Of a DNA stretch of 54,207 nt, positions 11,585 through 25,248 are shown in pieces. Source of the DNA: Octopus bimaculoides. Lineage: Eukaryota. A program made the translations under genes and the position numbers. The notes beneath the pieces were generated by a model. That model was not told where the DNA came from and made no database searches. It saw only the letters and a list, made by a program, of their open reading frames with translations. Position 1 is the stretch's first letter, and every line of letters begins with the position of its first letter. Where the stretch lies: assembly GCF_001194135.2 (NCBI RefSeq), contig NC_068990.1, positions 84,345,632 through 84,399,838 on the forward strand. Reading direction: 5' to 3'.

Positions 11585-13512
11585 TAGAATTTAATTACGA
11601 TGTGCCCGTGGTCAACATGTTATGCAAAACAACTCAACAGGTTGATGGGATACTGACGGGAGCGGCTAACCAGCGAATGACCCCCACTCCAAACATATGG
11701 AGTCTAGGTGTGGTCGCACAGTTTGCTGGAGCTCGGAGAAAAATGTCCTCTCACAAAGGTTAATGTATATTTGTACCCACTGTAGCTGCAAAAAAGGATG
11801 GGATGGTTGCATTTGGGATGCTGTTGATCAACAGTGGCCTAGGGTTAAACAACAACAGCGTCAATAGTAGCAACAACACAGCAGTCTAAGCAACGTCGGA
11901 CAGCAACAGTAAGATCCACTGCATGCTACCATAAGTAACATTAAACAACAACGAGGATAGCGACAAGGACAACGACTACAGCAACAACAACAACAAGAGT
12001 AGCTCACCACTGTAAACAACGGTGATAGTGTAAAACTGACGTGTTGAGTTCAAATCCTTGGAGAGACTGGGCTCAACCGAGATGTGTTGCCCGAATGGTC
12101 TTACAAGAAGTATCTTTCTGAAATGATGAAATCATGAGCATTTATTATTGTCGTCGTCAACAAAATAATTATGAAAATTGTTTTTAAATTAAGTACAAGG
12201 TCAAAAATTGATGAGAAGGTGGGGGTGCAATCGATTTAATTGATCTGAAAACTTGTCTTTGGATCTTTTCAGTTTGGCTGCCAATTTTCAATCTTTTCAA
12301 TTCCTGTTCGAATTGATTTCATATTCGGTGTAATGATATGGTTTTATATGCTACTCACTGCTTTGAAATTCATTTTCGCAATGAATCAATAGATAAAAAG
12401 TTATTATCTTTTAAACTTTGAAAATTTTGGGTAATTTTAACCAATCGTAAGCCACAGACACATTCATGTCTGTTTCCATAGTTACAAGCCAAACATGAGA
12501 ACTCTTTTGTTTGCGAGATAGCACGTGTTGACAAATATACTCTACGTTGTGTTCTGCTGCTTCTGCCCGTCTGCTGTTTGTTCTCTGGTTGAGAGATGTG
12601 CTAAAAATAACAGCCAAATAGGCCTTAAATCACGCCCGCCACCCAGTTTTTTTGTTGTTGTTTTTGCATAATCGTATGAATTTCCGTGTGTAGAATACAA
12701 ATTCACAGACATTTTCAGAAAATTCCAAAAGGTAAAAAATGTCATGAAGCATTATATGTTATGTGTAAAGCAGAATTTGATTTATCTAGTTTCAAATTAA
12801 AACACGTCACACACAAAATGACAGCTTCCAGATCCTGTTTTCTGACTGGGTTAAAAATTATCAAATTTCAAACTTCTATAACTATTTTTTAAAAGTTATA
12901 GAAAAATATCTCCCGAGATTCAGATTGGAAAACTATATTAATACGCCATTTTAAAAAATTTTCAATAATTTTGAATTCTCGAGAATTAGCAACCTAACTG
13001 AAGAGATGAAAAACAAAGTTGATCATGACGTTATTTGAACATAAAGAACTGGAACTAACCCCCATAAGTCATTTTGTCCGATGCTTTTACCATTTATCCA
13101 TCGTACCATTCATTCATCTTACCATTCACCCAATCCAATTCACAACTTAGGCACAAAGACAGTAATTTTGAGGGACGAGAGTTAATCGATTACACTGACG
13201 CCAGATAAGTAGTTGCCTTTGCCGACCAGTTAAGACTTTATTTTATCGACCCTGGAAAGATAAAGGACAGAGTAGACCGCGACTGCAACTGAACTCAAAA
13301 TGTATCTACATGGTCGACATGCAATAACGTAACACACGTTCCTCTATAAAAAAAAATAGCGGATACTGCACTATCAAAACCTCTTATCGCCCACACTTTA
13401 CACAGCTGCCATTCATTAGGACCACTCAAGTTGCACACCATATACTATGTACAATAACCGGCGGAAATATAAACAAACACCGGTTGCCAAGCAGAGGTGG
13501 GGGGGACAAACA

Positions 13513-13558
<46 letters not shown>

Positions 13559-13574
13559 ACAGGCTTCTATTCAA

Positions 13575-13809
13575 AATAAAAAAATATTCAGACAAATACA
13601 TAACAAAAACACCAGGACTTACAAATATATATAACATAGAGAAAATTGCACTACTGGGCACTGCACACATCCTACGTAAAACTTTCAATACAGTAACCAT
13701 AAGAACATCACAGCAAACCACAGCACATACCCAAGGCACACAGAGCTGCGCTCGGTAGTGAAGTGAAAGCACGCTATAAAAATAAAACTACTGAATAATA
13801 ATAATAATG

Positions 13810-13860
<51 letters not shown>
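13575..13860 (+). mobile_element. 3' end of R4/Dong-like (RLE) LINE with (TAA)n tail
   Basis: Translates KKYSDKYITKTPGLTNIYNIEKIALLGTAHILRKT, then a short UTR and (TAA)n at 13794-13860. Confidence 0.8.
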
Positions 13861-13865
13861 GTCAT

Positions 13866-15098
<1,233 letters not shown>

Positions 15099-15389
15099 TT
15101 TATGTATGTTATTTTTTTTTAGCTAATATCCTTATTGATTCCACTTTAAAAAAGTCAACATACGCTCACTTTCCAAACAAAGCTATTGGAAGAGACCAAT
15201 TCATTTGTTTAAAAAAAAAACAGTAAAAGGGTGCTACTTGATACTTGAATGGAATTTGGTGCTTTAAATAAATGTGCGACGTTAGTCATGGGGAGAGGGA
15301 AGACGCCCTATTTTACTGGAATAAACTTAGAACTTGATGACAATAAATGCAAGTATCAACGGGTAGCATGGAGGAGGATTGGAAGAAAA

Positions 15390-15431
<42 letters not shown>

Positions 15432-15649
15432 CAATATATAACAATATGTATATGACAGTATATATATGTATATATAACAATATATATATATATAACAGTA
15501 TATATTTATATATATATATATACTGAAGCTAAAAAAAGAAATATTATATATATATATATATAAAATATTTCTTTTTTTAGCTTCAGTTCAACCCTGTGGC
15601 CATACTGGAGCACCGCCGTTTTGCTACACTGTCATTGTTAACTGAAACC

Positions 15650-16942
15650 ACCATGCGTTACAGATGCTATGGACAAACTGTAAATCATCTTCTATGCATG
15701 GATGACTTTAAAATTTTCACTAAAAATGTCACTGGACAGAAAAACATAAAAAATAGTCCATGGTTTCAGCAAGGACATCAGGCTGAGCATGGGGTTGGAC
15801 AAGCGAATGTGCCAAAGCTACATCGAGAAGAGGCAAATTAATCAGAACTGAAAACACTGTACTCGACATAGATACAGAAATTAGAGAATTAGACCGCAGT
15901 CGCCAATAAAGCTATCTTCTAACAGAGGAAATAACTAAAATGCAACTATAGCACACAGAAATGAAAGCGACAATTTGGAGAGAAAATTGCAGAAGAGCTA
16001 GACTAATATTAAACGCTGAAATTAATGCTAAAGATAAGATAACAGAGATAAACACGCTAGCCATACCAGTCATAAATTACAGCTTCAGCATAATAAACTG
16101 GAAAATTAGTGAATTAAGAAACCTAGATAGGAAAACCAGCAAACTATTAGCGTACCGAAATCATCGCCCACCTATAAAGCAGAAACGTACAGGATATATC
16201 TGATCGGATCAGAAGGAGGTCGTGACTTTACACCGATAGAGAACTGCTATAAAATACCACCAGTTGAACTAGAAAGATATTTGGTGGACGGCTATTACGT
16301 GTAGCAAAGCAACAGGAAAGAAGAAAACGCTTTTCTCTATACACAACGAGGCGACAAAATACAAACAAGACTGAAACACTGATCTCAGATGACAACACAG
16401 CAGAAGTAGTCAAAGTGACAAAAACAACATGAAAACAGAACTACGAAATATACTAAAGGAGAAATGAAGAGAAAATTCATTCCATGGCCAATACCATGCA
16501 AGACTTGACAGAGGTGTGGGTCTAAGTAAAGGCCGACAATGGCTCAAAAGCTCTGGACTAAAAGCAGAAATGGAAGGACTGATTCTCGAGAGAGAAATAT
16601 GTCCATTAAAGAAGTTGAGAAGTTATTTAAGTACAAAGACCTCGAAATAAAAGTGATCAAGATGTGGGGAATGAAAAGCAGCACAGCACCAGTGGTGATT
16701 GGAGCGTTAGGGCTAATTAAAAAGGGCCTTGATAAGCAGCTCAACAAACTCCCTTGCAGTGTTAACGTGGGAGAACTTCAGAAAATAGTGTTGCTAGGTT
16801 CCACACACATTTTACGCCGTGTACTCTCCATGAGATGAGGACCTGCTGTGACCCTAGAGTCAAGGGATGACCCCGGTTCAGCAGAAGGCAACGGACCACA
16901 TTTCATTTAAAAAAATAATATTAATAATAATAATAATAATAA
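15650..16942 (+). mobile_element. Decayed, 5'-truncated R4/Dong-like LINE ending in (TAA)n
   Basis: RT remnant YRCYGQTVNHLLCMDDFKIF; thumb region KITEINTLAIPVINYSFSIINW; RLE C-terminus KYKDLEI...PVVIGALGLIKK...LQKIVLLGSTHILRRVL*. Frameshifts and an internal deletion. Confidence 0.88.
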
Positions 16943-16985
16943 TTTCAGAGACTGAGCCAAAATTTACTATAGGATTTATACCGAC

Positions 16986-17135
16986 CTGACACCTGCAGGA
17001 ATTTCCCATTTGTTGGTTTATAGTCTTTCACAGAGTGTTCAAGTATTTCTAAGAGCAATTTTCCTGATGCTTCGACGATGTCAATAACATTTTCAAACGG
17101 TAAAACCTCGGCTATGTGTGCGTAAGTAATATTTC
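16986..17135 (-). CDS. NT5E: NT5E-like coding exon (exon 7 equivalent)
   Basis: ccgcag acceptor, GTCGGT donor, 150 nt. (G)NITYAHIAEVLPFENVIDIVEASGKLLLEILEHSVKDYKPTNGKFLQVS; VLPF, EHSV and FLQVSG motifs. Confidence 0.95.
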
Positions 17136-17224
17136 CTGCGGTAAATGAAACAGACAAAACATTAACAATCTATAAAGGAAGATGAAACAAAATGTGTGCA
17201 TATCAACACAACATACATTGCACA

Positions 17225-17415
17225 TTTGATTATCAATTCGCGTTTCTACCTATAATAATTGGTGCATTTCGTTTTGTGAGTAAATGCCTAAGTAACAATC
17301 TCGCTAAGCTGGTGTTTTCAGAAAAAGATATCAACCAGCTATCTTGCACTTTACAAATACAATCTATAAGCGATTCAGAAAAAATATGCAAGACATTTCT
17401 CAAGTTCAAAATGTA
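17225..17415 (+). mobile_element. 3' fragment of an RLE-type LINE inside the 412-bp NT5E intron
   Basis: FLPIIIGAFRFVSKCL...LQIQSISDSEKICKTFLKF resembles the PxIIGALG C-terminus of RLE LINEs. Confidence 0.6.
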
Positions 17416-17547
17416 AATTTGCTTTTTTTTTTTTTTTAATCTACATTTCAATGACAAGACTTTTTAAAAACCACCCCTTTCCTTACAAGAGGATTTCAAA
17501 CAATTAAAAATAGAAGAGTCCGTGGTTGATAAGTATATTTCTATTAC

Positions 17548-17667
17548 CTGGTTCAATAGCTGTTCTGACAGCACCGCCATTTACTAACGAAATGGCATTT
17601 GAACTCCATGCATCATCCCCAGAGAAGTCTATGTACGAAAATACCATGGAATCGGCCACAAGGTTTC
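17548..17667 (-). CDS. NT5E: NT5E-like coding exon (exon 6 equivalent)
   Basis: ttcttctag acceptor, GTAATA donor, 120 nt. (G)NLVADSMVFSYIDFSGDDAWSSNAISLVNGGAVRTAIEP; NGGxxR motif. Confidence 0.93.
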
Positions 17668-18244
17668 CTAGAAGAAAAGAACACTATGCAATGATTAACA
17701 TTATATATATGCAAAACACACACATATATGCATACACATATGTGCATATACATTTGCATTATAGGAATATATATGCATACATATCCGTATATGCATGTAT
17801 ATATATATATGTGTGTGTGTGCATGTACACACACACACACATGCACACACACACGCACGCACGCACACACACACACATACACACAGCGAAGCTGTATCCC
17901 TTAATTTGATGCTTTTATATACACATACCGAGAAGAAAACTTGCAGAACAGACATTATTTTAACGAGATACGTCTTGCAATCACCTGAAAAGACACAGCT
18001 ACAGTGACGGATACGCCTAAACGTTAGAGATAGCAGCGACTCATCTTCCCGTTAGGGATATGTAGAACAACAGTGCGAAAACAGGCGCTAGGGTCGCAAT
18101 TAACCAGTGAGCTTGCTAGAAATATATATATATTAGCGACAGTATTAATACAAAGAAAATGGGGCATAAATATTACCTCTCGGTATTGATTCGGCCTCTA
18201 TCGCCAATTGCAACAACAGCGCCTTTTCCGGCACTGTTATTCTA

Positions 18245-18387
18245 TATATTGCTAGCAGGTAGATGAGTCACTGCTACCTCTAACGATCAAGCGTCCGTCA
18301 TTGACAAGACCCAGGAAGGTTGAAATCACGTAGTCTGCTGGTCTCGGTGGTGGAGGTAGCAAGTATATATTTCCCGCTAGCAATATA
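18245..18387. mobile_element. Small TIR element (MITE-like)
   Basis: TIR tatattgctagcagg versus reverse complement tatattgctagcggg (14/15). Confidence 0.55.
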
Positions 18388-18836
18388 AACAAGAGTGCCT
18401 TTTGCACGAAAAGCCAATGAGTTTTAATCATGATATTTTCTGCTGTATAGTTTATTCGAACAGAACATCCATGTTTAAATGGGGATGTATATAGATGCAC
18501 ACACACACACACACACACATTAAAATGGAGTACATTTGGTGACGTATTATGTGATTTACTTTTTTACAAACGTTTGTTGTGTAAGGCCGGGACAGTGCGA
18601 GAAGGTACAAAGTAAACTATAAAAATAAAATTAAATTTAAAAAAAGATTGCAATTTTACATTGTGTTTCCATATTTCGGGGTTATATCCCCTTTTCAGGA
18701 CATTTGGAAAAGCGAGTGATGGAAACGTTGTTGCTTAGATGTGTGGGAAAGTCATTTATACATATATATATATATATATATACATATGTGTGTGTGTGTC
18801 TATGTATGTATTTATGTATATATGTACACACATATA

Positions 18837-18889
<53 letters not shown>

Positions 18890-20686
18890 TTTCACGCGGG
18901 CGTCACATGCACATCAGCACACGTATAACATGTTTATAATATGGGTTTAGAACAATTATACATAAAATAAAGATAATATCAAAGTGGATGACTATCTACC
19001 CATTTATTACCCATACTGTAGTGAAATAAACAGAGATAATTGCTTAACTTTCAATGATAAGAGGTATTCATCTATGGGTAATAAATCTCACCAACGTTAC
19101 AGGACGAGTAAAGTGGGTTTGAGTTTAATATATATATATTCTTTTAATTTTATAAGAAGGTTGAATGAAAGTAAAATTGAATCTGAACGCTGACTGTTGA
19201 CCCGACGAAATGCAACGACAAATGATAAAAGAATTCTTTTGCATTATAGCACCCATAACACTGTTTGCCAACTAATTAGGCTTACTGAGAATTCAGCCAA
19301 GATACCAATAATTCATATCCTATTGCTAGTATTGCGTGTGTTCATAGACGAGCTGCATAGCTTATTGCGAAGGCTGAGTTCACCTAACCATAAATAAGTA
19401 TCGCATATAGCATGTCAATCGGTACAAGGAAATTGGTAAGTGACTCGCTGACTTGCAGATGTTGAATTCGTTTCTTCCCGCGGGAAAAGCTACTGTGATG
19501 GATCACCGCCTTACGCATGGACTCAAGTATTTGAACTTGAGTATTTCAATGTAGCGAAAGCGAGAGCTAGAGGCTGGCCCAACGGATCGTTGTAGTCCGG
19601 AAAAAGTCAATCAACTTCTGAATCACAATGACCTATAATATTAATGGTTAACGCACTCATGCATTATGTGGAGGATATTTTCAACCGAGACGTTACAACC
19701 GTATCTGATTCTTCAAGTGCTTCAATTTTGTGTGTATACATATATTTACTAGATTGCTGACATGTACCAATGGTTTCCCCGTTCTGGTGATGCGCCATTT
19801 TCTATCATTAATAAAAAATGTCGGCATTTTTGATGACACGGGTATGCTAGTGTAATATATTAATGAGTAAAGCCAATTCGAAAAAAAAAATTCTGATGCC
19901 GACATCAAACGACCTTTTGTTGCTGGTGTTGTTGCTGATTATCTCCTCCCTTCGTCATACCCATTCGAGCCGACCTATATTAACCAAAACTGTTCCTATC
20001 ATGAAAATTTCGCTATGAAATGATTAGTAAACCTAGACTACATCATGAAATGGTCTATTTTTAACGATAAGAAATCGTTGAGGCATATTTAGATGTCATA
20101 CCTAGCAGGTAAAACGAGCGTACAGAGATTTATCTACCGGGTCTTCAAATATTCAGTTTGTTCGGTGTAGTGGATTAAAAATCTATCATGACCGCCGAAA
20201 AACAAGTGTCAAAGGAACTGTACATTATCATAAAATATATTCTAGAAACCAGTTTAACAACTTTCTGCTTGAATTATCAACAAGTTCTAAAACAGCAAAT
20301 TTAGAAATTTATTTTATTTTCATTAAATTTATTCAAGAGAAAAAGTTTGTTTTGACACTCTCACAATCTATATTTATATGGCTCTATTTAGATAGGTGAT
20401 TCGTTCGTAAAATATGGGTAGGGTGGGAATTCTCGCCAGTTAAGTTTCTGGGGGTGGAATAAGTGAATAATGCGGTTAGATGAGTAAGTAGTTAGAACAG
20501 GCATGGAACTAGTTCAGTGGAGAACAATTCATTCCAGTGGCCAAAAGAATAAACACAGTGTGAAGTACAGCAACGTTATTTTGACTTAAGTTGCTTTCCT
20601 TGAATAAATGAAGACTGGTGGCCAAGTTTAGAAGCTTTCGGACAGCCGACTCAAGTTTTGGATATTCAAACCCCTTCGCCATAACT

Positions 20687-20938
20687 GTTGTTGTTGGCAC
20701 TCCGTCGCTTACGACGTCGAGGGTTCCAGTTGGTCCGATCAACGGAACAGCCTGCTTGTAAAATTAACGTGCAAGTGGCTGAGCACTCCACAGGCACGTG
20801 TACCCTTAACGTAGTCCTCGGGGATATTCAGCGTTACACAGTGTGACAAGGCTGGCCCTTTGAATTACAGGCACATCAGAAACAGGAAGTAAGAGTGAGA
20901 GAAAGTTGTGGTGAAAGAGTACAGCAGGGTTCGCCACC
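20687..20938 (-). mobile_element. SINE family B, 3' part
   Basis: Reverse complement matches about 38925-39165. Confidence 0.85.
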
Positions 20939-21444
20939 GTTTTGCAAGGCTTTCGACTCGGGTTCAAATGTTGGCAACAGAGTGGACTCTGCTACAGGCG
21001 GTCAGGTGCTAGTTGTGCTAGTTGTGATTGTGGGGTTAAACGAGGCGACTTTATTAAGTCTGCTTGCCATAAACAGATACAGTCTATCCGACAAATTTCT
21101 TTGGTTCCGTTTTTCCAATCTCACTCACAGGGCATGGGTCAAACCGAGGTTATGTATCTTGTAGACACTCACTCAATTTGCTGCGTAGAGAAATAGATTC
21201 CGGACCCACCCGATAACAAAGTTCATAAACACAGGCCATGCCTCTGTGTCTGTTTCTTTTGCTTGAACATTATGTGTTAATGTCTTAAAAGTGGTAACTA
21301 ATGCTATTTCCGGTTCCACTGGCGTTAAGCAGATAATAGAAATATAGTCCACCGAATAGATTTTCAGTGTGTCAAAAGACAGCATTTCCAGTCAGTGGAT
21401 TGAGACCAGAATGCAAGCTAAGAAGCTCACAGGTATCCTGAGAT

Positions 21445-21630
21445 AATGAAAGCAGCACTACAAGGTAACAAACCTAGCATTGCATAGTAACAAGCTGCGA
21501 GACAATGAACCCAGCAGTGTAGGCTAACCAACCCAGCGTTACAAAATAACGACCTCCAGTATTGCGAGGTAACAAACCTAGCGTTGTTAGGTAGTGAGCC
21601 CAGCATTGCAAGATAAACGAAGCCAGTACA
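21445..21630. repeat. Degenerate 21-22-bp minisatellite, about 8 units
   Basis: Units resemble aggtaacaaacctagcattgca. Confidence 0.65.
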
Positions 21631-21784
21631 AAAACCGGTTCTGAAAAATAACAGATTATAACTGAAAAGTCCATCAATGTAGTTCACAAACTCAGCACCG
21701 TCAGATAGCGAAACCGACACTGCAAGTATTGACGAATACGACAGTATAACCACCACTCAATGTTAATATCACTGCATGGACTAA

Positions 21785-22215
21785 GGTGGCGAGCTGGCAG
21801 AATGGTTAGCACGCCGGGCGAAATGCTTAGCGGTATTTCGTCTGCCATTACGTTCTGAGTTCAAATTCCGCCGAGGTCGACTTTGCGTTTTATCCTTTCG
21901 GGGTCGATAAATTAAGTACCAGTTACGCACTGGGGTCGATGTAATCGACTTAACCCTTTCGTCTGTCCTTATTTGTTCCCTCTATGTTTAGCCCCTTGTG
22001 GGCAATAAAGAAATAAGAAACGTTAGCACGCCGGTCGAAATGCTTAGCGGTATTTCGTCTGTCTTTATGTTCTGAGCTCAAATTTCACCGAGATCGACTT
22101 CGTCTTTCATCTTTTTGGGGTCGATAAATTAAGTGCAAGTTGCGTACTGGGGTCGATCTAATCGACTGGCTCCCTCCTCCAAAATTTCGGGCCTTGTGCC
22201 TAGAATAGAAAAGAG
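21785..22215 (+). mobile_element. Two tandem SINE A copies
   Basis: ggtggcgagctggcagaatggttagcacgccgggcgaaatgc head; second copy starts near 22018. Confidence 0.9.
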
Positions 22216-22282
22216 TATCACCTCATGGACTGTGCCTGTGAAGGACAAACAACAGTAGTAATGAAAACAAAGGCAGACTTAC

Positions 22283-22411
22283 CTAAATTACATTCCTCCT
22301 TACGACACAAGTTACTGCCAAGGAGAAGCACGCTACTTTGACCGATAACAGTTTTCATCGACGGCTCTATTGAATTCATAAATGGTTCCATCTTCGAAAG
22401 GATGTCTGGAT
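22283..22411 (-). CDS. NT5E: NT5E-like coding exon (exon 5 equivalent, shortened)
   Basis: ttcttcag acceptor, GTAAGT donor, 129 nt. (D)PDILSKMEPFMNSIEPSMKTVIGQSSVLLLGSNLCRKEECNL; CRxxECN substrate-binding and disulfide motif. Confidence 0.93.
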
Positions 22412-22541
22412 CTGAAGAAGAAATACGTACAAATATATTGAAGTTTAATCATTGTCGAAATTGTCTTATTAGTCCTTTATGTTTGGTTTGTGACAATAAC
22501 TTTTATAAATTCATCAGTTTGACGTTTCGACACTTTTCCAA

Positions 22542-22544
<3 letters not shown>

Positions 22545-22627
<83 letters not shown>
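22545..22627. repeat. (TC)n microsatellite
   Basis: Directly visible. Confidence 0.95.
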
Positions 22628-22632
<5 letters not shown>

Positions 22633-23244
22633 TTTTCTTTATCTCTTTTTCTCTGTATCGTTCTTTTTTCTTTTTTCCTGCCATTTTATTTACATTATTT
22701 CCAGTTTCCATTCACTGTTGTTTTTTCTGCTTTTCTTTACAATTTGATCCCAAAATGAGCCGGTATCCGTGTCATTCCATCGAAACTAAATATTCCTTGT
22801 TTTATATCATCAAAACACATGAAAAATATAACATGCAGTACGTTACACGGCCAAAAATATAAGAGATTCATTATTCTTTTCAATAAAGTACTAATCAGGA
22901 AATATGAAAAATCTTTAATAAAAATGTTAAATTTCAACTTAGTTGTTTGTCTCTTTAAAATAAGACGTTTCAAAGGGAAGCTACTGCGTTGTTCCTTATA
23001 CATACATACATACATACATACATACATACGTACGTACTTACGTACGTACGTACATATATACTTACATAAGTACATATGTGTATGTATATAAATTTATATA
23101 TACATACATTTGTATGTGTATGCACGTATATTTATATATGAATATGTGTGTGTGTGTATATGTGTGTATGTATATATATATATATAGTTCAAATTTATAG
23201 AAAAACAAAGACGAAGACAACTGTAGGAACAACAAGCAAGTGTA

Positions 23245-23312
23245 TTAGCTTGACGCTCGGGAAAAATAGAAAAGTCTTTTACGTTTTGAGCCTACGCTCT
23301 TCGGCAGAAAGG
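23245..23312 (-). ncRNA. Degenerate type-I minimal hammerhead (Penelope pLTR-like repeat, about 23170-23340)
   Basis: CUGCCGA-A-GAGC-GUAG-GCUC-AAAACGU...GCGUC: perfect 4-bp stem II, stem III ACGU/GCGU, GUC cleavage triplet; core carries substitutions. Confidence 0.55.
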
Positions 23313-23420
23313 AATAAGAGGAAATAAATAGAGAATGAAAATAACGTGTTGAGTTCACTGGTCCAACATATATTTATACATATACATATATATATATATA
23401 TGTGTGTTTGTGTGTGTGTG

Positions 23421-23473
<53 letters not shown>

Positions 23474-23870
23474 TTATCTTTCTGTCTGTCTGTCTTCTTA
23501 TCTGTTGTATTATCACCTAGCGCTACAGTAACTTCGGCCTCGTATATGACAGATTTAATTATACATTGTTAGTCAAGTGGACAGGATCCTAGGTCTCGAC
23601 ATTTACAACTGAATTTAGGCTCCCGGTATTGAACTCGTTTAATGATACTCTTCATATAGGGGTAGCTAAATAAAACAATGGTATTAATCTTAGGTATTTG
23701 AAGGGGCCATCACGCATACCATTATAGAACTTAGCATAGGATAAACTCTGGAAGCTAGAGTGAGCAGTCGTTTGATAGAATACAGCTTGTGTTTTACATT
23801 TGCAATTAAGGGAACATATGTGTCTCTCCATCTCTCTGTGTATGTAATTATGAATGAATTTATGTGTGCA

Positions 23871-23906
<36 letters not shown>

Positions 23907-24270
23907 TCATCGGTCCTGCATAGCGATGAATTTGATACGGGGAGACCTGAATGCTTAGGAAACGGGTAGTCTACCAAAATAGAAAACCTCCCTCAAGTTT
24001 ACACTTGCAGTGGAGACATATGATTAGTCCTGGTCGACGGGGACCCGATATCATAAAACTGATCACTATTTATGTAGAGAAAAATATTCTTTTTTTTGTT
24101 TGTTTGTTTGTATTTGTAAACCTTTTAATTAATTGTGTATCAAATATTTCCCCTGGTTATGTACAAAATAGGAGAACAATAGGTAATTATTGAATGTACC
24201 TCAGTTTCTTGTTTCCTTATATGATTAGGGTGGAGTAAATTCTCAGATATGTACCATAAGAAAAACTTAC

Positions 24271-24468
24271 CTTGTTCTACGCTATTATTCAACAGTATTG
24301 GATTTCCACTCCAAGATTTAACTCGACCTTTCGAATCAAATTCAACTCTTAAGTATCCTAGATATTTTCCGAAAGCGAATTCTTGGACAACCAGGGCTTT
24401 TTCACCGTCCTTCTGTGTAATAACTTCTGGGTAGCTCCCTTCAGGTTTCTCAATTGATGGTGGATCGC
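24271..24468 (-). CDS. NT5E: NT5E-like coding exon (exon 4 equivalent)
   Basis: gtttag acceptor, GTAAGT donor, 198 nt; not in the ORF track. (G)DPPSIEKPEGSYPEVITQKDGEKALVVQEFAFGKYLGYLRVEFDSKGRVKSWSGNPILLNNSVEQ, matching the VVQxxAFGKYLG...GNPILL motif. Confidence 0.95.
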
Positions 24469-24708
24469 CTAAACAGATGTAAAGAAAACATGAAAGACTA
24501 CGTAGCTATCACGTCATGCTTTACTGTTGTTTTGTGCCATTTGCTTATGCTTACAAGTCTCCTTGTACCAACCAAATCGAGGAGACATTTGATCACAGAC
24601 ATTCCAACCATGACATAATGTGTCTTGGACAACATTTATCCAATAGGAAGTGTAGTAATTAAAATAAGTGCAATAAATAAAGTTACTCTGAAAAAAGGTA
24701 AATAAACA

Positions 24709-24736
24709 GACGTTTCGGACACAAGCCTTTTATCAA
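24709..24736 (-). ncRNA. Degenerate minimal hammerhead-like motif
   Basis: UUGAUAA-AAGG-CUUGUGU-CC-GAAACGUC. Confidence 0.3.
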
Positions 24737-24943
24737 AGAAGAGACGAGAATGTTCCGTGTTCCGGATTAATTTCACCTGCAGTATCTGAAACTCTCTCTT
24801 TCTTTTCCTCAGTAAAATGTCTGTCCCTCAAACATCAAGCTTATATTAACTACTGTACTTTCGCCTGGATTAATTGTTGCAAATCAGACCCTCGTCACTT
24901 CTCTGATTTTCGATTTTACATTTATCTAAGAGATCTCCTTTCT

Positions 24944-25248
24944 AAACGTGCAAGTGGCTGAGCACTCCACAGACACGTGTACCTTTAACGTAGTTCTCGG
25001 GGAGATTCAGCGTGACACAGAGTGACAAGGCTGGCCCTTTGAAATACAGGTACAACAGAAACAGGAAGAAAGAGTGAGAGAAAGTTGTGGTGAAAGAGTA
25101 CAACAGGGTTCGCCACCATCCCCTGCCGGAGCCTTGTCGAACTTTAGGTGCTTTCACTCAGTAAACGCATACAACGCCCGGTCTGGGAATCGAAACCACG
25201 ATCCTACAACCGTGAGTCCGCTGCCCTAACCACCGGGCCATTGCGCCT
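24944..25248 (-). mobile_element. SINE family B
   Basis: tRNA-like head aggcgcaatggcccggtggttagggcagcggactc with a B-box-like gtttcgattcc; matches 38792-39165. Confidence 0.9.

Noticed and set aside
18176-18240. AG...GT-bounded segment reading ITVPEKALLLQLAIEAESIPRG as a possible exon 6
   Set aside because: No NGGxxR motif, it lies within an inverted repeat, and the real exon is at 17548-17667.
19060-19900. Possible transposase or Helitron remnant
   Set aside because: Only vague motif resemblance (CVHRRAA); no family can be supported without a search.
21445-21630. Regularly spaced repeats as a possible CRISPR array
   Set aside because: Units are contiguous and degenerate without unique spacers; eukaryotic context and no cas genes.
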